Shown here piece by piece: positions 10,737 to 21,051 of a stretch of DNA of 64,000 nucleotides. How positions within the stretch are numbered: the first letter of the stretch is position 1; each line of letters starts with the position of its first letter. The notes under the pieces were generated by a model that was not told where the DNA came from, did not search any database, and saw only the letters and a list, made by a program, of their open reading frames with translations. Origin of the DNA: Smithellaceae bacterium (lineage in GTDB: Bacteria; Desulfobacterota; Syntrophia; Syntrophales; Smithellaceae). Made by a program: the position numbers and the translations under genes. The DNA lies in the NCBI GenBank assembly GCA_963667845.2, contig CAXXVL010000002.1, forward strand, positions 3,264,001 to 3,328,000, read 5' to 3'.

Positions 10737-11392
10737 GAAAATAACCTTTGAATCAGCTTTTGAGAGTTTTCGAACATGACGGCAATTTCTTCATCGGATA
10801 ACCCGGCTCCGCGCGCAATATTTGTCGCCATTTTAACGCCGACAAAATCACCCGGCGCGTGAGCGTCGTTATCGAGCACCAGCTGCGCATTGCATTTTCT
10901 GGCCATGGATACAACATGCCCATTCGCATAGCTGTGACCCCGGCGCGTAGTAATTTCCAGAAAGACGCCCTTGGCAGCCGCTTCCCGTGTTGCCTCTTCC
11001 GTAATGAGTCCCGGGTGGGCAAGAATATCGACGCCGGCGCGGATCGCCGCCAGATTGGTGCCGGCAGGCACGGGCTCCGTGAGGGTTTCCCCATGGACGA
11101 TAATGATTTTCGCCCCCAAATTTCTGGCCTGCGATGCAAGCTCTTCGATATCGGAAGGATCGATATGCGTTAATTCCAGCCCCGGTAAAACCCGGATTTT
11201 CCCATGACGGGTAATGTGCTCGCTTGCTTTGATAATCCGCGGAAGAAGAAAGTCGATATTGGAATAATCTGCATGATCCGTGATGGCAATCGTCTTGTAC
11301 CCTGCAGCATATGCGCGCTGCGCCGATTCGGCCGGGATAAGTTCACCATCACTAAAAATAGAGTGTGTATGCAAATCAATCATTTCCATCAT
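10733..11392 (-). CDS. PHP-domain phosphoesterase (histidinol-phosphate phosphatase-like)
   Basis: DLHTHS..SDG, AITDH, HGET, AHPG, DAH metal-binding motifs. Confidence 0.88.
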   Translation of the reverse strand: MMEMIDLHTHSIFSDGELIPAESAQRAYAAGYKTIAITDHADYSNIDFLLPRIIKASEHITRHGKIRVLPGLELTHIDPSDIEELASQARNLGAKIIIVHGETLTEPVPAGTNLAAIRAGVDILAHPGLITEEATREAAAKGVFLEITTRRGHSYANGHVVSMARKCNAQLVLDNDAHAPGDFVGVKMATNIARGAGLSDEEIAVMFENSQKLIQRLFS

Positions 11393-11534
11393 CCGTCACC
11401 AGGATTTGCGAAACGCTTAGACTGATAGTCACTTAGCAAATTTAGAACCAGGAGTCAATAAAGATAACGAAATAACTGCAAGAAAATAAGAACGATTGTT
11501 CTTCGGGCAGGACGTATTTTGCTTTCGGGGTCGG

Positions 11535-12449
11535 TTAACCTTTTCTCGTTCCGGGAGCGGGCGCGGGACCTTCGAGCCATCTTTTGATCCGGTTGGCGTC
11601 AGCGACGCGGGTCAACTTGCCCTGAGAGTCCAGGAGCACAATCAGCACCGGACGCTGGGCCACCTGAGCCTGCATCACCAGGCAGCGCCCCGCTTCGCCG
11701 ATAAAGCCTGTCTTGGACAAACCGATATCCCAGCGGGGGTTTTGAATCAGACGGTTGGTATTGCGAAATTCCAGCACCCGACGGTGGGACTGAATCGTAG
11801 CATGTTTGCTGGTTGTAAAGTCACGGATCAGGCGATACTGATAAGCCGTATCCACCAGTCGCACCAGATCGCGGGCGGAAGAAACATTGCCGCTCGAGAG
11901 TCCGGTCGTGTCTTCAAAATGTGTCTCCATAAGTCCCAGAGATCGGGCTTTGGCATTCATTGCAGCAACACAGCCCGAAAAACCGCCCGGGAAAGTTCTG
12001 CCGAGTGCGTGAGCCGAGCGATTTTCGGATGACATCAGGGCCAGGAGCAGCGCCTCCCGGCGTGTATACTCGGTCCCCACCGGCAGGCGGGAGTGACTGT
12101 GACGAAGGGTGTCCACATCACTTTTCAGGACGGTAATCGATTCCTCAAGATCGCACTCGGCGTCGAGCACGACCATGGCTGTCATGAGTTTGGTGATAGA
12201 TGCTATGGGTACAACGGCTGACGCCTGCTTCTGAACCAGGAGTTCGCCCGTCTGTTGATCCTCCACCAGTGCTGCGGCGGAACGCAATATCAAGCCCTGC
12301 GGAAGGCGTCTTGATTCAGGAACCGATGCGTTTCGGTAAGCAGCAACCCTTACCCGTGATCTGGAAAATCCTTCTTCGACGGAAACAATCAGCGTTCCTA
12401 CGAAGAATAAGACAACGGCCAGGGAGATCAGACCCAATTTATTTGTCAT
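11535..12449 (-). CDS. pbpG: D-alanyl-D-alanine endopeptidase (PBP7-like, peptidase S11)
   Basis: ASITK (SxxK), SEN (SxN), KTG motifs; signal peptide. Confidence 0.85.
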   Translation of the reverse strand: MTNKLGLISLAVVLFFVGTLIVSVEEGFSRSRVRVAAYRNASVPESRRLPQGLILRSAAALVEDQQTGELLVQKQASAVVPIASITKLMTAMVVLDAECDLEESITVLKSDVDTLRHSHSRLPVGTEYTRREALLLALMSSENRSAHALGRTFPGGFSGCVAAMNAKARSLGLMETHFEDTTGLSSGNVSSARDLVRLVDTAYQYRLIRDFTTSKHATIQSHRRVLEFRNTNRLIQNPRWDIGLSKTGFIGEAGRCLVMQAQVAQRPVLIVLLDSQGKLTRVADANRIKRWLEGPAPAPGTRKG

Positions 12450-12576
12450 GCACCCTCCATAAATATGGTCTTATTTAATCTCATCTTCCCCGTTACTGTC
12501 AAGAAGACTTTTGCCTTGTTCGAATATTCTTGAGCGGCCGGTATCCGGCATCACATCAGAATATCGCGCTGCAGGA

Positions 12577-13845
12577 CTACGTTATCCAGTGGGAACGCTC
12601 GGCCATTTTGAGCGCCACGGTCTCCTTCAGCCATTCCTCAATGTCCCGGACCATATAAAAAACGGGCGCGAGGAGATTATCGTCCGGCGTAATTATGTGC
12701 TCGTCCAGGGCGATCTTTGCCAGCGCTGTGTCGGGATAAATGCGGATTCCCTGCGACACCTTCACCGTATCCAGAGGAAGGGAATCGGCAAAGGCAAGGC
12801 TCTCGAGAACGGACGCCCTTGTTTCTCCCGGCCCCCCCAGCATCAGAAACCCCATCTGCCGGATGCCGCGCTTCGCCAGACAAAGCGATGTCTGGCGAAC
12901 ATCATCGGGATTGAACCGTTTGTTCATGTTCCTGAGAATCCGTTCGCAACCGCTTTCAAATCCCAGACTGACCTCCCGACAACCCGCATCGGCCATCAAT
13001 CTGATCAGGTCTTCATTGACTTTCCCGGGATAGAAGATGCACCGCCACGCGACGCGGAGCCCGTGATGAATGATCAGCCGGCAAATCTCCGCCGCATAAG
13101 ATGCCGGCAGATTGAAAGTATTATCGACAAAATAGAACTGGCTGAATCCGGCTTCCACAAAGTTCTTCAGCTCTTCAATCGCATTTTCGGGGGATCGCTT
13201 TCTGATCGTCCGCCCTTCGATGGTTGCGGTCGAACAGTAGCTGCAATTCATGGGACAGCCGCGTCTTGTCTGAAACGGCACCCACAAATTCCGGTCGTAG
13301 GCGGCCAAAAAACGATGGACGCCGGAAATGGGCAGGTCGCCCAGGTCGCGAACATAGACCCGACCACCCTGCCGTCCGCGTCCTCTCAGATACAGACCGG
13401 GCAATCCACTAAGATCGGCTTGCCGCGAAAGTCCGGAGAGCAGTTGGGGAAAAACGGCTTCCCCTTCCCCCTGGATGCCCATATCCGCCTCCAGATAGTC
13501 CAGAACGGCTTCGGGAAAGATGCTGTAGCCTGCTCCGCCGAGAACAACGGGAGCATTCGACAAATGTTTGCAGTGGCGCACAACTTCCTTGACATCGTCG
13601 AGCAGAAACCTTGCGCCATGCATCACCTGATCGTCGATATTTCGTACGGAGATGCCAATAACGTCGGGATGGAAAGATAAAACGGCATCCCGGATGCACG
13701 ACCGGGAATCCGCCCGCGCCATGAGATCCAACACCAGAACCTCATGTCCGCTTTGCTCAGTTGCCGCTGCGACGTCATGCAGACCCAGCGGCATGGGCAG
13801 AATATTGATTTTTTCGGTATTGGCGGCGATGAAAAGAACCCGCAT
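12577..13845 (-). CDS. B12-binding radical SAM protein
   Basis: PLGL, GISVRNIDD, GEGE, TRRGCPMNCSYC. Start moved to MRVLFIA (GAGGT RBS). Confidence 0.88.
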   Translation of the reverse strand: MRVLFIAANTEKINILPMPLGLHDVAAATEQSGHEVLVLDLMARADSRSCIRDAVLSFHPDVIGISVRNIDDQVMHGARFLLDDVKEVVRHCKHLSNAPVVLGGAGYSIFPEAVLDYLEADMGIQGEGEAVFPQLLSGLSRQADLSGLPGLYLRGRGRQGGRVYVRDLGDLPISGVHRFLAAYDRNLWVPFQTRRGCPMNCSYCSTATIEGRTIRKRSPENAIEELKNFVEAGFSQFYFVDNTFNLPASYAAEICRLIIHHGLRVAWRCIFYPGKVNEDLIRLMADAGCREVSLGFESGCERILRNMNKRFNPDDVRQTSLCLAKRGIRQMGFLMLGGPGETRASVLESLAFADSLPLDTVKVSQGIRIYPDTALAKIALDEHIITPDDNLLAPVFYMVRDIEEWLKETVALKMAERSHWIT

Positions 13846-13923
13846 GTTTCGTTTTACCTCACGATCGTCAGTCGTTTCTCGCACCCTTTTCGTTGCTGAC
13901 TTGAACCGCCTCGGCAAACCGGA

Positions 13924-15318
13924 TCACGTAAGACGATCCCGGATGCGGGCATATTGCCGCATACGGGCAAAAACGTGAACGGCGTGCTCGGGAAAATCAT
14001 AACACGGCACACCGCCGGCATCCAGAAACCGCTGACAGACCTCCTTATCGTCTTTGTCTCCCAGAAGGGACACAAAGACGGGCTTGCGCCGGTCGGCTTT
14101 AATAATATCGACCATGGGCTGGTAGACGCCGGGGTTCTTGTCGCCAAAAGAAATAAAAATAATTCCGTCCACGCCGTCATCATCCAGCAGCGCCTTCATG
14201 ACTTCCGATGTCGTCTTTTCGTATCCGCAGGTCATCCAGTCGGGGAAAATATCAACGGGATTTTTTGTTTTGGACTGGGTAGCGATGACTTTGCCGATTC
14301 TCGCCTGCGTATCTGCTTCCAACACGGCGACGCTCAATCCCTCTTCCGCAGAGGCATCGATACTCATGATCGCCTGCGCTCCGCTGTAAGTCACGCACGC
14401 CAGGCGGTCTCCCCTGGGCAGGGGCATATTGAGAAATCCTTTGACCGTCCGGACAAACTCATCGATGGCGTAGAGACGAATTGCGCCGGCCTGGCGAACA
14501 ACACCGTCAAAGACCCTGTCTTCCATGGCCATGCTGGCGGTGTGAGATGCCGAAGCCTTTGCACCGGCCTTTGTGCGTCCGCTTTTGATGAGAAGGACGG
14601 GCTTTTTCTCCACCGCTCTTCTCAAATTCTCGTAAAAGCGGCTGCCGTCTTTGACATCCTCCAGATACAGGCCGATGATTTTTGTCTGTTCATCGTCCGC
14701 TAAATACGCCAGGGCATCCGATTCGTTTACATCCGCCTTGTTTCCCAGGCCAATGCCTTTGGATAGATGCATTCCATCGAGTGAACTCAAATACCGCAGG
14801 AGCGCCCCTACAAAAATCCCGGACTGCGCCGCCAAGCCGATCGACCCGGCCTCGAGCATCCTTGTCGTGGCAAAATAAGAGGTCGTCAGTTTCGTCCGGG
14901 TATTGACGAGACCCAGTGTATTGGGACCGAACCCTCTCATGCCGGAAGATCTCAAGATCGCTTTGACGTCTTCTTGATAGGCTGCTCCTTCGGGTCCGGT
15001 TTCCGCAAAACCCTCGGCTGAAATCACCACTCCTTTGACGCCTTTACGCGCACAGTCCCGCAAGGCATCCGGAACAAACTTGGGCGGAATCAGCAAAACG
15101 GCCAGATCGACATTGAAAGGAACTTCCAGCATGTTCCGGTAAAGGGGAAATCCAAAGACGTCGCCCCCCTGGGGGTTGACGCCGGCCACACGTCCCTGAT
15201 AACCCACTGCTTTCAAAACATTCAGGAGCTGTGCGCCGGGCTTCTCCTGGTCCCTTGATGCCCCGATGACCACAATACTTTGCGCCTCCAGAATTTCTTT
15301 AATGTCTCTCATCGGCAC
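13924..15318 (-). CDS. Acyl-CoA synthetase (NDP-forming) alpha-subunit-like CoA-binding protein
   Basis: VIGAS, GPNTLG, QSG, GNKADV, KSGRT..ASHTA (phospho-His), NPVD; no ATP-grasp domain. Confidence 0.85.
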   Translation of the reverse strand: MPMRDIKEILEAQSIVVIGASRDQEKPGAQLLNVLKAVGYQGRVAGVNPQGGDVFGFPLYRNMLEVPFNVDLAVLLIPPKFVPDALRDCARKGVKGVVISAEGFAETGPEGAAYQEDVKAILRSSGMRGFGPNTLGLVNTRTKLTTSYFATTRMLEAGSIGLAAQSGIFVGALLRYLSSLDGMHLSKGIGLGNKADVNESDALAYLADDEQTKIIGLYLEDVKDGSRFYENLRRAVEKKPVLLIKSGRTKAGAKASASHTASMAMEDRVFDGVVRQAGAIRLYAIDEFVRTVKGFLNMPLPRGDRLACVTYSGAQAIMSIDASAEEGLSVAVLEADTQARIGKVIATQSKTKNPVDIFPDWMTCGYEKTTSEVMKALLDDDGVDGIIFISFGDKNPGVYQPMVDIIKADRRKPVFVSLLGDKDDKEVCQRFLDAGGVPCYDFPEHAVHVFARMRQYARIRDRLT

Positions 15319-15349
15319 TTCCCTTTCTCATCGATGTCGTCTTCTTATT

Positions 15350-16048
15350 TTATCTGATTTCCAGAAATTTCTTGTAGATCTGGTAATGTTCCGTGTCCTC
15401 ATACCGAACCGGTTGAATCGGCGTCTGATCGAAATTATAGATGACGGCGCCAGGGCAGGCAAGCAGGATCGGCGAATGCGTAGCTATGATAAACTGCGCT
15501 GAGCCTTCGTAACTGGCTTGGTTCAGCAACTCCAATAACCTGATCTGGTTTCGCGGCGAAAGAGCCGTTTCCGGTTCATCAAGCAAATAAATCCCCTTGA
15601 TCCGATAGCGCGCCCTGAAGAAAGACATGAGCGATTCGCCGTGCGACTGGGTCATCAGCGATTTCCCGCCGAAATAGTTGAGTTGACCCGGATCGGCCGC
15701 CGACCACTCATCCAGGACCTGACGGAAATGCTGAAAACTTTCCGAACCGAAGAAAGACCCCGGAACTTTGCCATCCGTCCATTGAATGGACAGATACTCG
15801 CCTAGCTTATCCTCATAGGGATTATAATCATATCGGGTACGGCCGGTTTCCTGCCAGATGTGAATGCCGCAGGCGAGTGCAATGGCCCGAAGCAGTGTAG
15901 ATTTTCCGGAACCGTTTTCTCCGACAAACAACGTTACCGGCGTCGTAAGTGAAAGACCTCCGGTATTCTTAAAAGCGGGAACATTGAAGGGATAGACATC
16001 CTTTTCCGGATATTTTGCCCAAAGGAGTGTTACGTTTTGCACATGCAT
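15350..16048 (-). CDS. ABC/AAA-family ATPase (SMC-like, stand-alone)
   Basis: GENGSGKST Walker A, QSHGES signature, LLDEPE Walker B, ATHSP. Start moved to MHVQNV. Confidence 0.88.
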   Translation of the reverse strand: MHVQNVTLLWAKYPEKDVYPFNVPAFKNTGGLSLTTPVTLFVGENGSGKSTLLRAIALACGIHIWQETGRTRYDYNPYEDKLGEYLSIQWTDGKVPGSFFGSESFQHFRQVLDEWSAADPGQLNYFGGKSLMTQSHGESLMSFFRARYRIKGIYLLDEPETALSPRNQIRLLELLNQASYEGSAQFIIATHSPILLACPGAVIYNFDQTPIQPVRYEDTEHYQIYKKFLEIR

Positions 16049-16097
16049 GGCTGCATTTAATAATACAAATTGAAGCTTGTCAATGACCGACAATAAC

Positions 16098-16156
16098 CAA
16101 CCACCTTGCAGCAAGCTGTCGAGAATTAACGCTCGTCCCGCGTGAGCGGGATTAAA
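16098..16156 (+). repeat. Dispersed palindromic repeat, copy A (short form)
   Basis: CAACCACCTTGCAGCAAGCTGTCGAGAATTAACGCTCGTCCCGCGTGAGCGGGATTAAA; core nearly identical to copies at 17041-17141 (inverted) and 22563-22624. Confidence 0.85.
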
Positions 16157-16360
16157 TCGCATCGGACGCCGATATTCCGGGCGCTTATCCGGCCCGCCTC
16201 CTGCGAATGAACCCCCATTTGGCGGGATTTGCCGACGCCCCGATAAACGCGATCGCCCGCGGCTCAAACAGGGAGGTATAAAATGATTCGCTGTTCATAT
16301 GAGTACCTTATTCATTGAGCCGGCTCATCCGGCCGCTTCCGGGGAATGGACCGCCTCTTA

Positions 16361-17029
16361 TCAATTAACTTTCTCTATATAAATTCCGGAACCGATCCAG
16401 ACCGTGTCCGTAATCCTTGTGGAGTAGCCTTTCTTCAGCCAGATCCTGTTGCCGTCCTGAGGATTGGGCCAGGTGAACAGAACAACACCCCTGGTATAGC
16501 CATTTTTCCGGTAGGCGGCATCGGAAACCATCCGGAAGAATTTAGCGTCCGGGTTGTACTTGATCCCATACTGGGGATAGGCTTTCATTGCAAAGCCCGT
16601 ATTGAAGAAATCCTTGCCGGTCATGGTCGGATTGGCGCCGTTCGCCCTGCAGATAATCCTGGCAATCCGGTCATCTTGTTTTTCGTTTTCATAGGCAAAG
16701 ATATAAAGCTCCCCCTGCTGAAATAGACATTTGCCTGCCTTACACCCGGCGTCACCGGCGGGCCTGTTGAATTCCTTAAACGCGGCGTCCAGTCCCTTCT
16801 TTGAGCCCATCTTATCGAGATTCGCCAGGGCGAACGCCTTCGCTTTGCAGACAAACGCCACCAGTTTTCTTTCCTTGGTTGCGAGTGACGATACATTCGT
16901 GCACTCGCCGCGATAGTACGCCATCGATTCATGTCTATTGACGGAGCCGGTTACATCCGCTGCCGCCAATGCCTGTCCGGTGAAAAAGACAATCCATATG
17001 ACTATTGCCTCTGATAGAAAACGTCTCAC
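16361..17029 (-). CDS. Stand-alone periplasmic Cache-domain protein
   Basis: Signal peptide; GELYIFAY, GKDF, FTWPNP..K.GY, WIGSGIY single-Cache-like motifs; GTG start with AAAGGAG. Confidence 0.75.
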   Translation of the reverse strand: MRRFLSEAIVIWIVFFTGQALAAADVTGSVNRHESMAYYRGECTNVSSLATKERKLVAFVCKAKAFALANLDKMGSKKGLDAAFKEFNRPAGDAGCKAGKCLFQQGELYIFAYENEKQDDRIARIICRANGANPTMTGKDFFNTGFAMKAYPQYGIKYNPDAKFFRMVSDAAYRKNGYTRGVVLFTWPNPQDGNRIWLKKGYSTRITDTVWIGSGIYIEKVN

Positions 17030-17040
17030 CCGAAATCTCC

Positions 17041-17141
17041 TTTAATCCCGCTCACCCGGGACGAGCGCTAATTCTCCTTAGCTTGCTGCGAAATAATAAC
17101 CTTCATTTCATACCTCGACAGCTTGCGCGAGGTGGTTGATT
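17041..17141 (-). repeat. Dispersed palindromic repeat, copy B (long form, two GCAAGC units)
   Basis: Reverse complement reads AATCAACCACCTCGCGCAAGCTGTCGAG...TTCGCAGCAAGCTAAGGAGAATTAGCGCTCGTCCCGGGTGAGCGGGATTAAA. Confidence 0.85.
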
Positions 17142-17383
17142 CTTTTCGAAATAAGGCTCACACAGTATCGGACAAGCCGCTCCCGAGTATGTGTGACCTA
17201 TAAGAAACGGTCATGGACGTCAAGAAGATTTGGACGATGAAATCGAATTTGCACGGATTGCCGCCAAAGCTACGGGACCGGCTGCCTTATTGCGTGAGAA
17301 AAGTTTTCTGTCTTTGCTGCATCATCCTCAGAGTGATTTATGTCAACCGATCTAAACGGCGGGCTTTGATCGAGAGAGAAGGA

Positions 17384-18349
17384 TCATATCTCTACAGACA
17401 GACCGTCATAAGCGAGATGGATCTCCATGCCGGATGAACTGTCCAGAATATTTAAATATTTTCCGGTATCGGCGAGGAACCGATCAAGCGCTTCGTCATC
17501 CAATGTATGTTCATGATGAAACAGACACAGACGCTTGACGCCCGCCCGCATCGCCAGTTCAACACCCAGAAGATTGCTGGAATGCCCCCAGTTTTCTTTC
17601 GCATCGACCGCATCGATAAAGCTGTACTGGGCATCGAATATCAACAGATCGGCATTCCTGAAGAACTCGATGAACCGGTAATGATCATCCAGAGCGCCCG
17701 CATCGTGTTCGCAATCCGTCGAGTAGACTACTTTCTTCCCGTTCGTGACAAAACAGTATCCGTATGAATCGCCGGGGTGCTTCTGTTTGACAGCGCTGAC
17801 TTTGACGCCGGCAATGTCGTAATCACGATCCGCGTCAAGCAGGTGAAAGTCTATATCCGCTTTCATGGCCTTGAGCGGCACGGGGAAACAGGGTTGATCC
17901 TGCTGACGGACAAAGGTTTCCTCCAACGCGGCATGATGCCCGTAAATGCGGATATGATTGCCGGGCAGATACGCCGGCGTGAAGAAAGGAAAGCCCTGAA
18001 TATGGTCCCAGTGCAAATGAGAAATAAAGATATTAAAGACATTGGGCAGGCTTTTGAGGCCAGCCGCTTTTGACTTCATGTAGTCGTGCGCGAAATCTCT
18101 CAGACCCGTTCCGGCATCGCAGATAATATATTCTTTCTCATTCACCATTTCGACGCACGCGGTATTGCCTCCATAGCTTCCCCGGACCGAAAACGGCAAT
18201 GCCTCACGGATAAATGTTTTAATCGCTTCATCCGTTTCCAGTCCGAAAGACCGCGACGCCTGAATCGCCTTGAATATTTTCGACTCGATGGATCGGGTCG
18301 TGACAGAGGTTGGCAATGACCCCCGCGTGCCCCAGAAATGAACCTGCAT
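17384..18349 (-). CDS. MBL-fold metallo-hydrolase (phosphodiesterase/RNase Z-like)
   Basis: FWGTRGS, GGNTAC, DAGTG, SHLHWDHIQG, WGHS, FHHE. Confidence 0.88.
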   Translation of the reverse strand: MQVHFWGTRGSLPTSVTTRSIESKIFKAIQASRSFGLETDEAIKTFIREALPFSVRGSYGGNTACVEMVNEKEYIICDAGTGLRDFAHDYMKSKAAGLKSLPNVFNIFISHLHWDHIQGFPFFTPAYLPGNHIRIYGHHAALEETFVRQQDQPCFPVPLKAMKADIDFHLLDADRDYDIAGVKVSAVKQKHPGDSYGYCFVTNGKKVVYSTDCEHDAGALDDHYRFIEFFRNADLLIFDAQYSFIDAVDAKENWGHSSNLLGVELAMRAGVKRLCLFHHEHTLDDEALDRFLADTGKYLNILDSSSGMEIHLAYDGLSVEI

Positions 18350-18672
18350 CGGCAGTCTCCTCTAACGGTCCCCCGGCAGTTGATTCCGCTTGCAATCTCG
18401 CACAGTTTGTAAAATCAGTCAATTATTGAGATCATGGACAACCGGCTCATCATCCGCCTGGTAGCGTCTGTCGTCATGACAATCGCCTTTGAGTCACGGC
18501 CGGTAAATTGCCGGATGAATGCCGTGTGATTTCTTTTTTCAGCATCCGGCACAGAATTCTTTCTTCATTTCCTTTCTCCTTGACAGATCCCTGTCGTCCT
18601 TCTATCGTTATAACCATCGCATCCGCGAAATTGAACAAAAATACAAAACGGCCTCAGGCAGGAGGAACAAGC

Positions 18673-20784
18673 ATGGCAATGGGCAACCCAAACAGCGCAA
18701 CCGGCCCCGGAAATACCCCGAATGACCCTCATCCAAAACGCAAGGCGATCTTCGACAGCAGGTACGGCGCTTTTTTTCAAAAATTTCTGGTCTTTCTGCT
18801 CGTTGTCCTCTTGTTGCCCCTTTCCTCGTCCGAGGCCGAAAATCTCACCTGCAGCCGCCTGCCGACGCTGATGGGAACGTACCTGGCAAACCACTACGCG
18901 ATGAAGAACCTGACCGAAGATATCAAGACGCATGCTGTTGATCAAATGATCAAAAGCCTCGATCCGTCAAAAACACTGCTATACGCGCCTGATGTTGAAA
19001 CATTCAGGGCCAGTCTGCGAACCCTGTTTGCCAGTCTGCAGGCGGGGAATTGCGCGTCACTCAAGCCAGTCTATGATACCCTCGTCGCACGGGCGCGCGA
19101 AAGCGAAGCGATGATCAGAGAAATTCTGGATTCGGAATACCGGATCGATGAGTCGGCCCAGTTGCTCATCGACGTGAACAAACGCCCCTACGTAAAGACG
19201 GCGGATGAAAAAAAAGCGCTGCTGAGGAAGGTCGTGCAATTCCAGATCGAAAACGACCTGCTCGCCGGCATCGACTTTGCCGAAGCCAAAAAGAAGCAGA
19301 TCCATCGTTATGAACTGCAGACGATGCGCGTGGTCGAGCGCAATCCTGAAAAGCTCATTACGAGCGCCGCCGAAGCTTTTGCCGTGGCCCTGGATCCGCA
19401 TACCAGTTACCTGTCATCCGAGAACTTCGCGGATCTTCAGATTCATATGCAGCTTTCCCTGGAAGGAATCGGGGCTGTTCTCAGCAGCGATAACGGCTTT
19501 ACCGTCATCGAGGAGTTGATGCCCGGAGGAGGCGCCGAGCGCACGGGCCGGCTCAAGCCGAAGGACAAAATTATCGCCGTAGCCCAGGAAGGGGAAAAAC
19601 CCGTCAATGTGATCGACATGGATCTGCGTGACGTTATTAAAATGATTCGCGGCAAGAAAGGAACACAGGTCACGCTGACCATCCTGCGGCAGGAGGAACG
19701 TACTTACCGCTTTGATATCACGATTATGCGCGACAAAATCGACATTAAGGAACAGGAGGCCAAAATCACTTACATGACCCGTCAGGCAAAGGACAGGCTC
19801 TATCGCTTCGGCGTGATCGATCTTCCCTCCTTCTACGGCGACGAAAAAAGCAACAAGTCCTGCTATCAGGATGTAAAAAACCTTCTTGCCGAGGCCCGCG
19901 AGCAGCATGTCGACGGGCTTGTGCTGGACCTATCGCGCAATACCGGCGGACTCCTCGGTGAGGCGGTCCGCCTGACCGGGCTTTTTCTTGGTCGTGGAGG
20001 CATTGTGGCGGTCAGGGACAGCCGCGGTCAAGTAACCATTCTCGCCAACGGTTCGGCCGCGACCACACCCGACGACAACCGCGAGGTGATCGCGTTTCCC
20101 GCCGAAGATCCCGATACGGTCTTTACCGGACCGCTGGTTGTGCTGACAAGCCGGCTCAGCGCTTCGGCCAGTGAGATCGCCGCCGGCGCTCTTAAGGATT
20201 ATCATCGTGCGGTCATCGTCGGATCGGATCATACGTTCGGCAAAGGATCCGTTCAGTCACTGACACCGCTGCCCCGGGATTTGGGCAACATGAAAGTAAC
20301 CACCGCTCTTTATTTCCTGCCGGGCGGCAAGTCGACACAGAAGACGGGTGTAGCGTCGGATGTTCGGCTGCCCCTCTGGTTTGTGCTTCAAGACGTCGGG
20401 GAAACGGCACTGGATTACCCGCTTCCTGCTCAGGAAATCGCTCCCTTCCTCGGCAAGCTGCGAAACCATCGTCTTGGCTGGAAACCTCTGGATCCATCCC
20501 TGATCTCCACACTGACAGCGAAATCCAAAGCCCGAATCGCCAAAGATGACAAATTCATCGAGATCATCAAGAACAATAAAGAAGCCGCAGGCAAAAAAGG
20601 CATCATCCGTATCGCCGATTTGCGCAAGGCCATCGAAAAGGAAGGCGCAGGCAAGATAAAAGAGACGCCGGCCGAGCTCCGCAAGAAAGCCCGTGACCAG
20701 TATGCGCCCTTTGTGAATGAGAGTGTAAACGTTCTCTCCGATATGGTGACGATGAGATCAGCGCCGAATTCGGCGCAGCCGTGA
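18673..20784 (+). CDS. prc: Carboxy-terminal processing protease (S41, Prc/Tsp-like)
   Basis: LDPHTSY, LEGIGA PDZ, DLSRNTGG, SASASEI (Ser), TFGKGSVQ (Lys). Start placed after GGAGG. Confidence 0.88.
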   Translation: MAMGNPNSATGPGNTPNDPHPKRKAIFDSRYGAFFQKFLVFLLVVLLLPLSSSEAENLTCSRLPTLMGTYLANHYAMKNLTEDIKTHAVDQMIKSLDPSKTLLYAPDVETFRASLRTLFASLQAGNCASLKPVYDTLVARARESEAMIREILDSEYRIDESAQLLIDVNKRPYVKTADEKKALLRKVVQFQIENDLLAGIDFAEAKKKQIHRYELQTMRVVERNPEKLITSAAEAFAVALDPHTSYLSSENFADLQIHMQLSLEGIGAVLSSDNGFTVIEELMPGGGAERTGRLKPKDKIIAVAQEGEKPVNVIDMDLRDVIKMIRGKKGTQVTLTILRQEERTYRFDITIMRDKIDIKEQEAKITYMTRQAKDRLYRFGVIDLPSFYGDEKSNKSCYQDVKNLLAEAREQHVDGLVLDLSRNTGGLLGEAVRLTGLFLGRGGIVAVRDSRGQVTILANGSAATTPDDNREVIAFPAEDPDTVFTGPLVVLTSRLSASASEIAAGALKDYHRAVIVGSDHTFGKGSVQSLTPLPRDLGNMKVTTALYFLPGGKSTQKTGVASDVRLPLWFVLQDVGETALDYPLPAQEIAPFLGKLRNHRLGWKPLDPSLISTLTAKSKARIAKDDKFIEIIKNNKEAAGKKGIIRIADLRKAIEKEGAGKIKETPAELRKKARDQYAPFVNESVNVLSDMVTMRSAPNSAQP

Positions 20785-21051
20785 TAATGACTGACGGACC
20801 GGAGCATTGATCACAACAGGCACGACAACCGTTTTCGCCGGGGTGTGGACTAATCGAAGAAGCACCTGGAATTCTGCGTGAAGGCTTTTTCAAATTGAGC
20901 TGCATGACGTCGATTTGTCTTCACGATCCTGCCCGATAAGATCAATTCATTCGGGGATTGATGGAGGGATATCGGGATGTTCTTGCCTGAAGCTTCCGTC
21001 TCTTCGACATGACTTTCTGCCTGGAAATTCCTTGAGGAGGAGAAATCCGGC

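Noticed and set aside
12511..13680. 389-aa + strand ORF (similar shadows at 35899-37152, 37620-38663, 44151-45158, 45772-46758)
   Set aside because: Each lies opposite a clearly recognisable gene and shows no motifs; typical of GC-rich antisense frames.
16049..16267. N-terminal extension of the ATPase ORF given in the track
   Set aside because: It runs through repeat copy A; the protein more plausibly starts at 16048.
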